Below are positions 1 through 10,976 of a stretch of 64,000 nt of DNA, piece after piece; position 1 is the first letter of the stretch, and every line of letters starts with the position of its first letter. The notes under the pieces were generated by a model. The model was not told where the DNA came from and made no database searches. It was given only the letters and a program-made list of their open reading frames with translations. This DNA is from Heteronotia binoei. Taxonomy: Eukaryota. The DNA is taken from contig NC_083228.1 in assembly GCF_032191835.1 (NCBI RefSeq), positions 109,926,001-109,990,000 on the forward strand, in the 5' to 3' direction. The position numbers and the translations under genes were made by a program.

Positions 1-83
1 CTTTGGCTAAGTCTTGGAGCATATACAGTTGCATCACTGGCATTTCAGAAAAACAACACCACCAAGCTTTTTTTGCTTCCTAG

Positions 84-135
84 ATCACCACTGCCAATCA
101 GAGATGATATTGAATTAAACAGACCAATGGTGTGA
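84..135 (+). other. Candidate host-gene exon (unidentified), peptide xSPLPIRDDIELNRPMV*
   Basis: Strong acceptor GCTTTTTTTGCTTCCTAG ending at 83, then an open phase-2 frame. It either ends at TGA 133-135 or uses a weak donor ATG|GTGTGA at 129/130. Peptide not recognised. Confidence 0.25.
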
Positions 136-1221
136 TTGTTAACATAGCTTCCTATGTATCCAATTCCTACAGAATATCTGTCTTTTCGAATTTGGAGGTG
201 CCAGTAACTATGAAGGAAACCACAGCCCTCAGTTTGCAAATGCTAAGCAGGGGTGTTAACGACAGAACAATATGGAGCAATTCATAGAGTCACCAATTTG
301 CAATGAATTGGAAGCAACCTGACAGCACTTTACACTCACAGTGCCTTTGAATACAATTTCTATCACCTCCACACACACCCCGCCCCATCACATTTTAAAA
401 TTCCTCCTCATGATCTCTTGAATGCCATACACATCTTCTGTGTGGCATTTTATCATAAAGCAAGGTAGAATAGGGCTACATATTTACTGTCTTTCTCCTT
501 CCCTAGTTAAAGAAAAGCTCAGTGCAAGTTTAAATCATGGTTCCTGTTTGGCTGCTATGCCAGATGTACCCAGCCTCCCACATAGAGTACTTTCCTCTAA
601 AGGACAACCTTTCTGCCCAAGCAATTTGCTATAAACATGGCTCTAAAAGACCACAGGAGTTATTTCTATGCACCTGGGCAGTTTGTTTCCTCTCCAAGTT
701 TTAAGGTGCTTCCGAATGGAAGTAGATAGTGATATAATAGGGGATGCAAAGCTTGGTATTCTGCCAAAGAAAGGGCATAGTCAGACTGCATGAATACAGA
801 TGATGTCTTGGGCATTTTTGTCTCTAAGCCACATAAGATGAGGCACCAGCCTGTGCTGAATCATATCAAATTTCAGTATCCTTGAAATTTAAAATCACTG
901 GGCAAAACCACTGAAATTCCAGTTGCAATGCATTACAGTCAGGTAAAAATAATTTTAAAAGGCAGATGTGTGCATACATATCTCAGACTCCCACAGCGCT
1001 GAAGGGACTTCATCTATCACCCAATTATCAATTCTAGTTTAGAAAAAAAAAAAAGTGCCATTGCAATGTTTACTGCAGCAAAGATGTCCCCCACCCCATT
1101 GTCATAGTTGCACTGAAAAATAAGCCAGGCTATGACCTTGTTTGAACAACAGCCAGCTGCATTGTTTTTCCTGAATCTATACTAATTAATGTTAATGCAT
1201 CCCAGAAATAATACTGAATAG

Positions 1222-1330
1222 CAAGTGGGCAGCCATTTTTGGTCTGAAAGTTTGAATTCAGAGGCACCATTAAGACCAACAAAGTTTTATTCAAGTTGTG
1301 AGATTTCGTGCACAAGCACACTTCAGATAT
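1222..1330 (-). mobile_element. Penelope-like element pseudo-LTR fragment with degenerate hammerhead core
   Basis: Minus strand reads CTGAAG-TGTGCTTGTGCAC-GAAATCTCA...AATAAAACTTTGTTGGTCTTAATGGTGCC, matching reptile Penelope termini. Same motif at 26850-27065 and 51637-51782. Confidence 0.7.
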
Positions 1331-1358
1331 GGGCCTGAGTTTGTGTTTGCATAATAGT

Positions 1359-1557
1359 CAGGGCTTTTTTTGAGCAAAACCGCACAGGAACACTGTTCCG
1401 GCTGGCAAGGCATCAGAGGGTGTGGCCTAAGATGCAAATGAACTCCTGCTGGGCTTTTTCTACAAAAAAACCCTATGTGAAACAGTGATGGCATCATGGG
1501 ATGTGGCCTAAAATGCAAATGAGCTCCTGCTGGGCTTTTACTTCCAAAAAAGCCCTG
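1359..1557 (+). mobile_element. Non-autonomous hAT MITE (CAGGGCTTTTTT TIR family) with internal tandem duplication
   Basis: TIRs CAGGGCTTTTTT...AAAAAAGCCCTG; perfect 8-bp TSD ATAATAGT (1351-1358, 1558-1565); two copies of TGTGGCCTAA-ATGCAAATGA-CTCCTGCTGGGCTTT. Confidence 0.85.
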
Positions 1558-2284
1558 ATAATAGTGCAAATAGAAATGTGACACACGTTTCCATTCACAC
1601 GGATTGCCTACCACCCTCTACATCTTGCTCAATCTCAGGTTTAGGGTTACCAGTAGGTTAGGCCATCACAAGTGACCCTTCTTATATCTTTTAGAATTTC
1701 TAGAGGTCCATGCCCATGTCACCTTTCAGGTCCTCTCCTCACTCACTCAAAGAGACATCAGCAGATAGATTAGCCAAGCCCCCCGCCCCTTTAATAAGTT
1801 AACTGACCCTAACTCAAAAACATCACAGAGTTATTGGGGGTTGGGGGGTTCAAATACTGTTCCATCTCCATGCTACCACTATTTTTTCATATCCTATTAA
1901 CACATACCTAGACTGAGATTAATGTATGTTTTTATTTCTTTCCCTGAGAAGCAAAGCCCACAGGGTTAAACAAACAAGGAGTTAACTTTTGTTTATGGTT
2001 TGAACATAACACTGAAGAATATAAAATAGAGGCAACAATGTTCCTTTTTTCCTTGAACATTTGAAGAGTTTTCCTGTTCCAGTATCTTGGACCTTGCATA
2101 ACAAATTGGCCCTTTTTAGATAGCTAGTTAATTTTTTGTGTGTGTGCAAAAATAGCAGATTGCATCCCTGTGCATGAGCAGAAGTGTTTTGGTTTTTTTT
2201 ACTTGTGCAAGGGCTAGTTTGTATCCATCCCCAAGCATGTGTTGTAAGTGGAATGGCTGCAGTTCCAATTGTTTATTTTTATTT

Positions 2285-2431
2285 TATACCTCAGTTTTCT
2301 CCCTATCATTCTTTTCTCCTCTTCTCTATAGCAACAATCCTGTGAGGTAGGCCCAAGGTCACCCAGCAAGCTTTCATGGCACAGTGGGGATTTGAACTCA
2401 GATCTTGCAGATCCCAGTCTGATACACAAAC
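2285..2431 (-). mobile_element. Squam3/MIR-like CORE SINE fragment, interrupted by a MITE and resuming at about 2999-3030
   Basis: AATCCTGTGAGGTAGG...CCCAAGGTCACCCAGCAAGCTTTCATGGCACAGTGGGGATTTGAACTC; homologous to 50060-50285. Confidence 0.6.
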
Positions 2432-2998
2432 TGTGGGTGTGCAATATTTTTTAAAATCAATATTTTTTCTTTTTGGGTCTATTGGACTCCCCAATTTTGG
2501 GGGATTTATGGAGAAATTCCAGATCTCAATACTGGCATGGATTTTTTGGGGTTTTTTTAAACAAAAAAAGAAGCCAGTGCAAAGCTCAATCGGCAAGGAA
2601 CAATCTGCCCCCTTGGACACAACGAATCCTGACTGGGCTCACTTCTCCTGCAGTCCAGTTTAAACCAGGCTGCACGAGAAGCCAGCCCTAAGCTGAGATG
2701 GCGGGAACAATCCTCTCCCCACTGACACAGCTGACAGAGCTGATCTTCAAGTTGTCTTCTGCAGTCCCTTGTTGTGCTTCTATTGCAGTCCCTTTAAACT
2801 GCAGTGGAAGCCCAACAAGCTCTACTGTTTTCAGATCCACCCAGTAATTCTTGACTATATCCAGGACTTTTGGGGGATTTTTTTTTTCTGCAGAAAACCC
2901 AGATGCAGTTGGGATGTGGAAATCTATCTGGAAAAGAAAATACGAGGTATTTTTTTGAGTAGATTTTCTGCTCAAGTAGATCTGAATGCACACCTGAA
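2432..2998. mobile_element. hAT-type non-autonomous element (TAGGGGTGTGC-like TIR family)
   Basis: Degenerate TIRs TGTGGGTGTGCA...TGCACACCTGAA; TSD ACACAAAC/ACTCAAAC (2424-2431, 2999-3006); interior homologous to 14395-14990. Confidence 0.65.
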
Positions 2999-3910
2999 AC
3001 TCAAACCTCTATGCCATGCCAGTTCACCACAATGACAAAGGTGTTTTAGAGTGCTATCATTCAAATCTGTTTTTCTGTAACTGTTATGTGCACTGCGGCC
3101 TGAGTAGTCAAAACCATTTAAAATACTCTTTCATTTAAATGTACTTTTTGTAAACAGTTTATCATTTTAAATCTGCTAAAGGGAAACTATATATATATAT
3201 ATTAGGATTATTTCATAAAAGGAAGTTAGAAGTATATGGGCTGCTCTTTTGTCCTTGGTAAAATGCTCCTTTCATTTGTTTGTCATATTTCATGTCTTAT
3301 TCTCAAGGCCTTCTCCAGTCAGATAGTGCACTCTGATCTGAATTAAATTAACTAAAGCTATTATATTATCTTGCCAATTTAGTCCATTAATTTGCAAGAC
3401 TCACACAATTTGCTGCAGAGTTCCAGCTTCTTTTTTTGATGGTCCCTCCTCTGCCACCAATATGATTTATACTTTATGAAATTTAAGCTTCAGTCTGGAG
3501 GTTTTGGTGTCATATGTGAGCACATTCATTTTATCTTCCCTTGACAGAATAGCAATGCCGGCATTTTAGGTGATAAATATGTAATCCTTTGAATTTCGTA
3601 GCAAGTTAAATGAGGACACATCATACAATTAAAGAAGGAATTTTCACCAAGATTGGATCTTGAACTTTCTGAACTCATATTTAAGTATTTATAGCCATTT
3701 TTAAGTCACTGAGTATAATTTATAATCCTTGTTTTAAAATGCTGTCATACTGATTTCAGTTTCTACTGTATCACAATATATAAACTGGACTCAGTAGAAA
3801 CATTCCACTGAACTTGAAAGATGAGAAAACAGAACTGGCCCAGTCCAATGAGATGTCCTTCTGGGCAAATCTCAATGAAATCAACAAGAACTATGTAATA
3901 ATACATTAGT

Positions 3911-4105
3911 GCTTGGTGACAGAGCATCTGCTTTGCATGCAGAAGGGCCCAGGTTCAATCCCCAGCACCTCTACTTTCAAGGCGTTATGAAATTCATCTG
4001 CCTGAGACCCTGGTGAGCCACTGCTAGTCAAAGTAAACAGTACTGACTTTGATGGACCACAAGTCTGATGTAGTACAAGCTTCCTGTGTTCATGTAGGAT
4101 CGATG
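3911..4105 (+). mobile_element. tRNA(Ala)-like-headed SINE with CR1-like tail
   Basis: AGAGCATCTGCTTTGCATGCAGAAGGGCCCAGGTTCAATCCCCAGCACCTC (B box) followed by GACTTTGATGGACCAC...GCTTCCTGTGTTCATG tail. Related copies near 4290-4385, 20470-20620, 46488-46612 and 50340-50545. Confidence 0.7.
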
Positions 4106-4386
4106 GGGCTTGCACTTAAAAATGCCTGTGATAGATGGAATTCAGTATTTACTATGTGTCATTAAACAGTGCACAGAACAGCAGGGAAACTTATTCTAAC
4201 AAGACTGGGAAATATTAGTTCTCTTGTAGAAAGGGAGAAGATGTAAATCAGTGGAGGGCCCCATATTTTCAAACAAAAAATACCTGGCTAAATTCATGGC
4301 ACCTGCCGGTTAAAGGATCTTGGGTAGCAGAACTGGAAAAGACTTTTGCCTGAGACCATGAAAAGCCATTGCCATTCAACAGTATT

Positions 4387-5775
4387 CAATCAATCAATAT
4401 ATTTATTATGATCATAGATCAGAATAAAACAAAGAGGTATCAATCAAGAGAGATAATATAAAATTAGATAAAAATTCTATTTTGCCCTAAAATAAAACAA
4501 AACAACTTGTTGCTGTGGATCTCTGGCGTATTCTATAAGAAGCTGCGAAGCATTTTGCACAGTTAATAGTTGTTTGAGAGTTAGTCCCTTTCAGAAGATT
4601 CTGATTTTTTTAGCTCAATGTTCGGGGTAAGACTGAAGCGAAGGGGCAATGAACGTCACACGGATATCCACGTACATATTACAGTGTAATAGGATATGCT
4701 CAACTGATTCAATCTCATTAGATCCACAGAGACATGGTCTTTGTTCCAAGGGAATCTTCTTGAATTTTCCATCAAGAGCCTGCCATCTTGCCAATGTATA
4801 GGCTCTTCTATGTTTGGGTACCACCAATAACAAGATGTGCAGCTAGTGCAGTTAAGTACTTGCGGTTCTCTGGAATTAAAAAACAATGTACTTTAGTGTT
4901 ATCTTCCTGCCTCTCAATATTGAGTATCTTTTGTTGAATCAGTGCTTTGGCATGGGAGCTCTCTAGTCGGAGGATACTATTTATTTATTTATTTTTCGTA
5001 TTTATATCCCGCCCTCCCCGCAGAAGCAGGCTCAGCCTTCTGCCAGTCCATTAGATTGGAGATTCTGAAGTACCCCTTTTGCCCAGGACGAGTAAAATCC
5101 ATCTTTTAAAAATAAAGTCATAAGACCCTGTGGATTTTCCCTTAGTCTCAGCCAGTGAAGAATGAAGGTAAGTTTCACCTTAGCTTCAACTTTAACCAAG
5201 CCTGATTCTAGACGTAAACTTGTGTTAGTCACACATGTGGGTACTTGGAAGACAGATCTTAAAAATTTGGATTGCACTTTTCCCAAAGAAGTATGGTTAA
5301 TAGGTGGAGGTCCTAACATAGAGCCATAGTGCAATTGTGACAGAACTTTTGCCTTATAAAGGTGAAAGGCTGTTGGAAGAAAATGGCCACCATTAGTATG
5401 ATAAAATGTGAGGATACCTTGAGTAGATTTCTGTCCTACTGTGGCCACATATTCATGGTGCATTGTACTCTTTCCAGAGGCATGAAACATTACCTGTAGG
5501 TACTTGGTACAGGAAACCTCTAATTTGTGGCCTTCTAGTTTCCAATACCTTATTTTCCTGTTGTTGCCGAAAGAAATAATCTTGGTTTTGTCAAAACTGA
5601 CCATGAGACTATTAGTAACACAGTATTGACCAAAAGTCCTAAGAGCCCTCTTCAGGCCCACTGGAGTCCTGGACAGCAGTATTGGGTCATCAGCAAATAG
5701 AAGAGCATTCAACAGAATTGACTTAGTATGTGGCATGTGTTGTGATAAAGAAATGTAGGGTCCTTTGATTAACAC
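4387..5775 (-). mobile_element. 5'-truncated RTE-X-like non-LTR retrotransposon (RT C-terminal half plus CCHC tail), frameshifted
   Basis: ORF 5032-5775 has LLFADD..LLSRTPVGLKRAL (RT core); ORF 4615-4833 has RPCLCGSNEIESVEHILLHCNMY (CCHC); 3' end GATCATAATAAA plus (ATTG)n tail. Clade assignment is tentative. Confidence 0.75.
4976..5036 (-). mobile_element. L2-type 3' tail inserted in the RTE-X-like element
   Basis: Minus strand CTGAGCCTGCTTCTGCGGGGAGGGCGGGATATAAAT plus (AAAT)n; the same tail occurs near 7800-7865, 17300-17370, 58515-58600 and 62680-62735. Confidence 0.65.
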
Positions 5776-5934
5776 TTAGGGAGGCCCTGGTTTCAGGGAA
5801 AATATTATTTCCTAGGAAATGAAGTGATAAAACTCAGATTGTAGGCTTGGAAGAGATGAGTTTCCTTTATGTAGACAAATAGGTAAGGCAAAAAAAACCC
5901 CCCCATGGGAATGACGTATCTACAGGACCACCTT

Positions 5935-6540
5935 CTCCGCTACATTCCTGGGAGAGCGTTACGCTCTGTGGGTAACCACTTATTGGTGTTCCTAAGCCCT
6001 AAAAAGATCCAGCTGTCCTCAAAGAGGGCCAGGGCTTTTCCAGTCCTTGCCCCAACCTGGTGGAACTCTGTCAGCTGACACCAGGGCCCTGCAGAATCCT
6101 TTGCAATTTTGCAGGGCCTGAAAGGCAGAGATGTGCTGCCAGGCCTTCGAGTAAGGACAGCAATAGTCGTCCCACTGGCACCTTACTCTGCCACCCTCTG
6201 AGTTACCCCCTCCCCATTGAGATGAAACAGTAATATTTGATCAGAAGCCATCGGGAGTCCATAAGATTCAAAATGTTTTAATGTTTTCAAAATTCAAAAT
6301 GTTTTAATGTTTTAAATCAATGTATTTTTTATTGTAATACATCACCCAGAGCCCAGCCTCAGTCGAGATGGGGAGATCTGTTAAATCATCATCTGATATT
6401 GACATCTGACAAATCTGAGTTTGGTTTTTAGAATGTTGAATTGTTTTACCATATGAATTAATTTTTAACTCTGTATTTATTGATTATTGTTACCCACCCT
6501 GAGCCCATTAAGGGAAGGGTGGGTTATATATACAACAACA
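5935..6540 (+). mobile_element. L2 LINE 3' fragments with two consecutive tails
   Basis: AGGGCCAGGGCTTTTCCAGTCCTTGCCCCAACCTGGTGGAACTC...AAGGCAGAGATGTGCTGCCAGGCCTT, homologous to the L2 at 62631-63388; tails CACCCAGAGCCC and CACCCTGAGCCC...GGGAAGGGTGGG. Confidence 0.65.
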
Positions 6541-6999
6541 ATTTGCTTAGTAGCAGCAATGTGTTATTATGAGAAACTCTGGCAATGAAAGATTCCAAAG
6601 GCAAAATATGATGAAATGTCCTTCCTTGAAAATGACCAAAATAGAAATCCGTCTGTCTCCTCTCCAGAAAACCGTGTCTAAAGCTCCTTTATAGAAGTTA
6701 CATAGATTCTGCACTGGGGATCTGTAATTTCAAAAGGAAAAATGATTACAAGTCTTATACCCAGCATTTCCAAAAGAATAAATAATAATAAAAAAAATCA
6801 CAACAAAATAGTGAATTATTTCTGCAAAAACAGTATAACAATATAAAACAACCTCCCCAAATGTAAAATTACAATTATTCATGGAAGAATTCCTTCCTTA
6901 TGGGTGTTATTTATTTACTTACTAAAATATTAAAATATTTTATGAGCATCCTCCTTAAAATTCACAGAAATGAGCCAGACAACTTCCCATATATGATAT

Positions 7000-8380
7000 T
7001 GTGACTGGAGGGTTGGCTTGCACCAGAGTAGGGAAAGCATACTGACCACTTGTTGGATTCCTAAGAAGACCTCTCCCACTGTGCGATGAGTCCTCTGGGA
7101 CTGACACAACACAAACGGCCATTCCTCCCTTTCACAACCTGGGCCTGCAACCTCACATGCCCCAGGAACTTTTCCTATCCAGAGGTGCTCTGTAGGAGCC
7201 CAACAGGCCCTCTTCCATGGGATCTGGTTTAGGTGGGGCTTAGATGGGAAGGCCAGGTCTAAAGAAGTTTGTAAAGTTAGGAGAGGAGGAAAAGGAGAGA
7301 GAAGAGGTGACCAGGAAGGTTCTTGGTGGGAGAAGAAAGACATGCCCTGAGTAGACAGCCCCCTGATCATTGGTTGGTTGAGTGAAAACTAAGCAGGGAG
7401 AGCCTGGAGAGATGTAACTCCCATGGACTGAAGCTGTATGAGAGTTTTATGCTCAGCAGAGCCACTCCTACTGGTGGAACATGCTCCCAACTGAGATCAG
7501 CGCCTTGCAGGATTTATTACAGTTCTGCAGGGCTTGTAAAACAGAGCTGTTCCTGCAGGATTTTGGCTAGCTGGCAGGAGACTACTCATTCTGACCCCTC
7601 CTGCCCAAACTCCCCTCATACTCATTCAGTGGTGTAGAAGGCAGTGATTTCCATCAATTGTAATTGGACTATTATTATGTCTCTGCCCATCTGCCCTTCA
7701 ATGCAAGTGCACAATGGAGTACTACTGACTTGCCATTTGTTTTAAAGTTGGATTCAGTGTTTTATGGTTTTATGATATGGTTTCATTGTTTATTTTTCTG
7801 TTGTAACTCAGCCTAAGTCTGCTTGTGGGGGAGGGTGGGATAGAAATCAAAATAAATAAATAAATATTATAAGAGAGTGGGGAAAAGAAGCTGACAGAAA
7901 CTTGAGATAAAAGAAAAGCAAAGGGTTAACTGAGAAAAGTATATTAAAGCTTGAACAAAGTACATTTTGAGGAGAAAGGATTTGATAAAGAGGAGTGCTT
8001 GTGAAGTTAAAAGGTCTGACCTCAGTCAAAAGTTATTAACATATACTGTTTTATTCACTGAAAAGATAAGTTACAGAACATCTTGAAACCAATATACTTA
8101 TTGTACAAATAAAGTTTTCTTTTGTTTTATACTAACCTGGAGTCCTATGCTATTAAAATATAAGAGTCTCAACCTCAGGGCCACATACTCCAATAAAGGG
8201 GCCTTAGAGCTTGGGCACAATACTATGGGAAAGGTTAGTTAAGTGGATCAGAATAAAATTCCTGGTGGCAGTGTTACATACCCAGGAGAGAGAAATAACA
8301 AGAACCTTAAAGACACACCTTATCTAACTACACAGTTAAAAGAGATTAGTCATGGTACTCTGTTTATACAAAATGGTGAC
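7000..8380 (+). mobile_element. Probable solo LTR (Gypsy/ERV-like), with an L2 tail inserted
   Basis: Starts TGTGAC; purine-rich interior; AATAAA followed by T-rich GTTTTCTTTTGTTTTATACTAACCTGGAGTCC near 8108; CCTGGTGGCAG near the end. No TSD confirmed and boundaries are approximate. Confidence 0.35.
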
Positions 8381-8432
8381 CATATGTATCCGGGGGATTG
8401 TAGGTGGTGCTCCCATTAGTCATAATCGGAGC

Positions 8433-8593
8433 CAGGGGTGGAATTCTAGCAGGAGCTCCTTTGTATATTAGGCCACACCCCCAGACGTAGCCAATCCTTC
8501 AAGAATTTACAAGGCTCTTTTTTGTAAGCTCATGGAGGATTGGCTACATCAGGCCTAATATGCAAAGGAGCTCCTGCTAGAATTCCATCCCTG
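8433..8593. mobile_element. Palindromic hAT MITE (CAGGGGTGGAATTC TIR family)
   Basis: Whole-length inverted repeat; TSD ATCGGAGC/ATTGGAGC (8425-8432, 8594-8601). Confidence 0.85.
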
Positions 8594-9538
8594 ATTGGAG
8601 CACCAAAGTCAAAAGTCTGAAAATGGCTTTAGATTGGAATGGATAAGAATATTCCCCTTCCTATTTGCATAAAACAATTAGTCCAAGAAAGTGCTCTAGC
8701 TCCAAATAAGAGAAGGCTCACAAGTCAAGATATCAGTTTTATGTTCTTTAAATTAATTGTTGTGATTAGGGTTTGACTTCTTAAGAAAGAAAAATATTGA
8801 AATAGTTAGAATTTCAAAATATCAAGAAGCCAAAGTATGCTTGAAAAATAGGCACTGCTCTCAGTGTAATTTCACATCCCCTGAGGAGACTTTGTAGGTT
8901 CCAGTACTCTTGATTTATTAGTATTCAGGGAATAATTATTTAGATCAGTCTTCCGTTTAATCTCCCCCTTTAAAAAATAGCTACTTCTAGGTCTTTCATT
9001 ATTGGCTTACAGGGAAATTTTGAGGTAAGGAACACATTTAGAAGCATTAGATTATAATTCAAAGAACTAAAAAGGTCGTACAAGTAGGAAGTGCTGCCAA
9101 CGTGCTGCAATTTGAGCAGAGATAAATGGCTATAATGCTGATTTTTTTATTATTTTAAGGGTTGCTCTAAGGGGCAGCTATATATTTCAGTATGTTTGCA
9201 ATTTAAGAAGGTTTCTTTGGTTGGGCTTTAGGAGCTAATTATGGAAGAAACTGAATTCCTTATGGATTTGCTGAGATGGAAAGGGGTGAACGATACCTTT
9301 GACAAATGTCCAGCACTGCTATAGTTCAGGGATGTGAATATATATATGCATTTTATGGTCCTAAGTCTTGTGGAAAAATAAGATCACATCATACATGTTA
9401 TATCCATTAGAACTCAAACAGTTATGAATGTTTGCATCCACCTAGATATGTTAGGTAATTTTGATGTCACCTTGAAATGTAGGAACACATAAAAACCAAC
9501 ATTTATCTTACTAAAGAGAGGTTCCCTAAAGTCTAAGA

Positions 9539-10000
9539 TAGGGGTCACCAGCATGGTGTATGTGGGTGCCATGGTGCCCACCAACATGTTTTCTGGCACC
9601 TGCCTCATGTTTTTAGAGAGGTTGAAGCCAGATGGGGCTTTTGGCCAGCAGAGCTTGTAATTGGCTATCAGGGATCATACCTACTGTGCAGATTTTTGAG
9701 AAGTAGCTTCAGCAGTAGCTGAAAAGGATCTGCAGCAAAAGGATCTGCACTATGTGACAGAAGATAAGCTGTGTGTATGCAAAAAACCAATTTTTTAAAG
9801 CAACATCCATTTTAAATGGCACCCAGTTAAATTGAGCTTCCCCCCAAATGTTGAAAAGTTACTATTGGGGTATACCTGACCTCATTCCCTGACATATTAT
9901 GTTGGGCTGTGCCTCCTATGGTAGCCATTTTATGTTTGCACCCACCACCAGGTGTCAGAATTCCAAAGGTTCCACAGTTTCAAAAAGACTGAGGACCCTG
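9539..10000 (+). mobile_element. Decayed hAT MITE (CAGGGGTCACCAA-like family)
   Basis: TAGGGGTCACC...GAGGACCCTG termini; interior homologous to 56790-57119; TSD not recovered. Confidence 0.55.
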
Positions 10001-10118
10001 GTAGAGGCTATAATGAGCTGGAAGGGCTAATGGTCTGCATCAGTATAAGTTAACTTCATGTTAGTATTGTGTAATTCATTAGTTCAACATGGTATACCCC
10101 AGTTTTCTAGGTGGTGAC

Positions 10119-10240
10119 CAGGGCTCCCCCCCCAAAGCAGGAACGCACAGGAACGCAGTTCCAGCTGACTTGGTGTCAGGGGGAGTGACTTAATATGCAA
10201 ATAAGTTCCTGCTGGGCTTTTTCTACCAAAAAAAGCCCTG
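10119..10240 (+). mobile_element. hAT MITE (CAGGGCT TIR family, short form)
   Basis: CAGGGCT...AAAAGCCCTG; TSD GTGGTGAC/GTGATGAC (10111-10118, 10241-10248); octamer ATGCAAAT at 10195-10202. Confidence 0.8.
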
Positions 10241-10976
10241 GTGATGACATATATCTAATTGAGATTCAAAGAGTGGGGCAGATACACACATTAGACATTT
10301 TCTTATAGAACTGGGAGAAACCCCCAGCTTTGCAGAAAAATAGAATGTCTTTGTTAAAATGCCAAGATTTCATGATGCTATGTTCCTATGGAGGAGAGGC
10401 CCTCCCATCACCTGACCTGGTAGAGCTGAGGCAGTAGCATTATGGGAGGGCAGGAGGGGGAGAGGGGAGCCATTTCCACTTGTTCACCTGTGTTGCCAGT
10501 GCTGGGAGGAAGAGGGCGAAACAGGAGCTGCCACTGCAGAGTCCATTTGTCCAGTTGAGGGAGCACCATAGCAAATGGGCAGGGGAGGAGGCATAGGAGC
10601 TGTTTCCACTCCCCCACTTTGCTGCTGGCATTGCACATGGGCAGCAGGCAGGTGAGGGGGAGATAGAACAACCACAGCCCTCCCCTCCACTGCTGCTATG
10701 ACCAATGCAAGAGCCAGCTGGGAGTTTTGCTGTCAGTAACAACAATCCTTTATTCAGCTGCTGCCATTGAAGGTGGGTGGCAGCGGTGAAGAGGAGCAGG
10801 AGTTGCTGCAGCCCCTGCCTCTATTGCCATTGCAGCCACATTAACTGCAGCTGGCAGAGGCAGCTTCTCTGCAGGCAGGCAGGATGGCCAGTGAGTGGCT
10901 AGCCCAAAGGGCAGGGGGCAGGAATATTAGAAGTAGGAAACCAGCCAGGGAGGCAATGGGGCCCTTGGATGACCAT

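Noticed and set aside
3911-3985. tRNA-Ala gene (and tRNA-like heads at 44893, 57638 and 21610)
   Set aside because: The acceptor stem and A box are degenerate and each head runs into a multi-copy SINE body.
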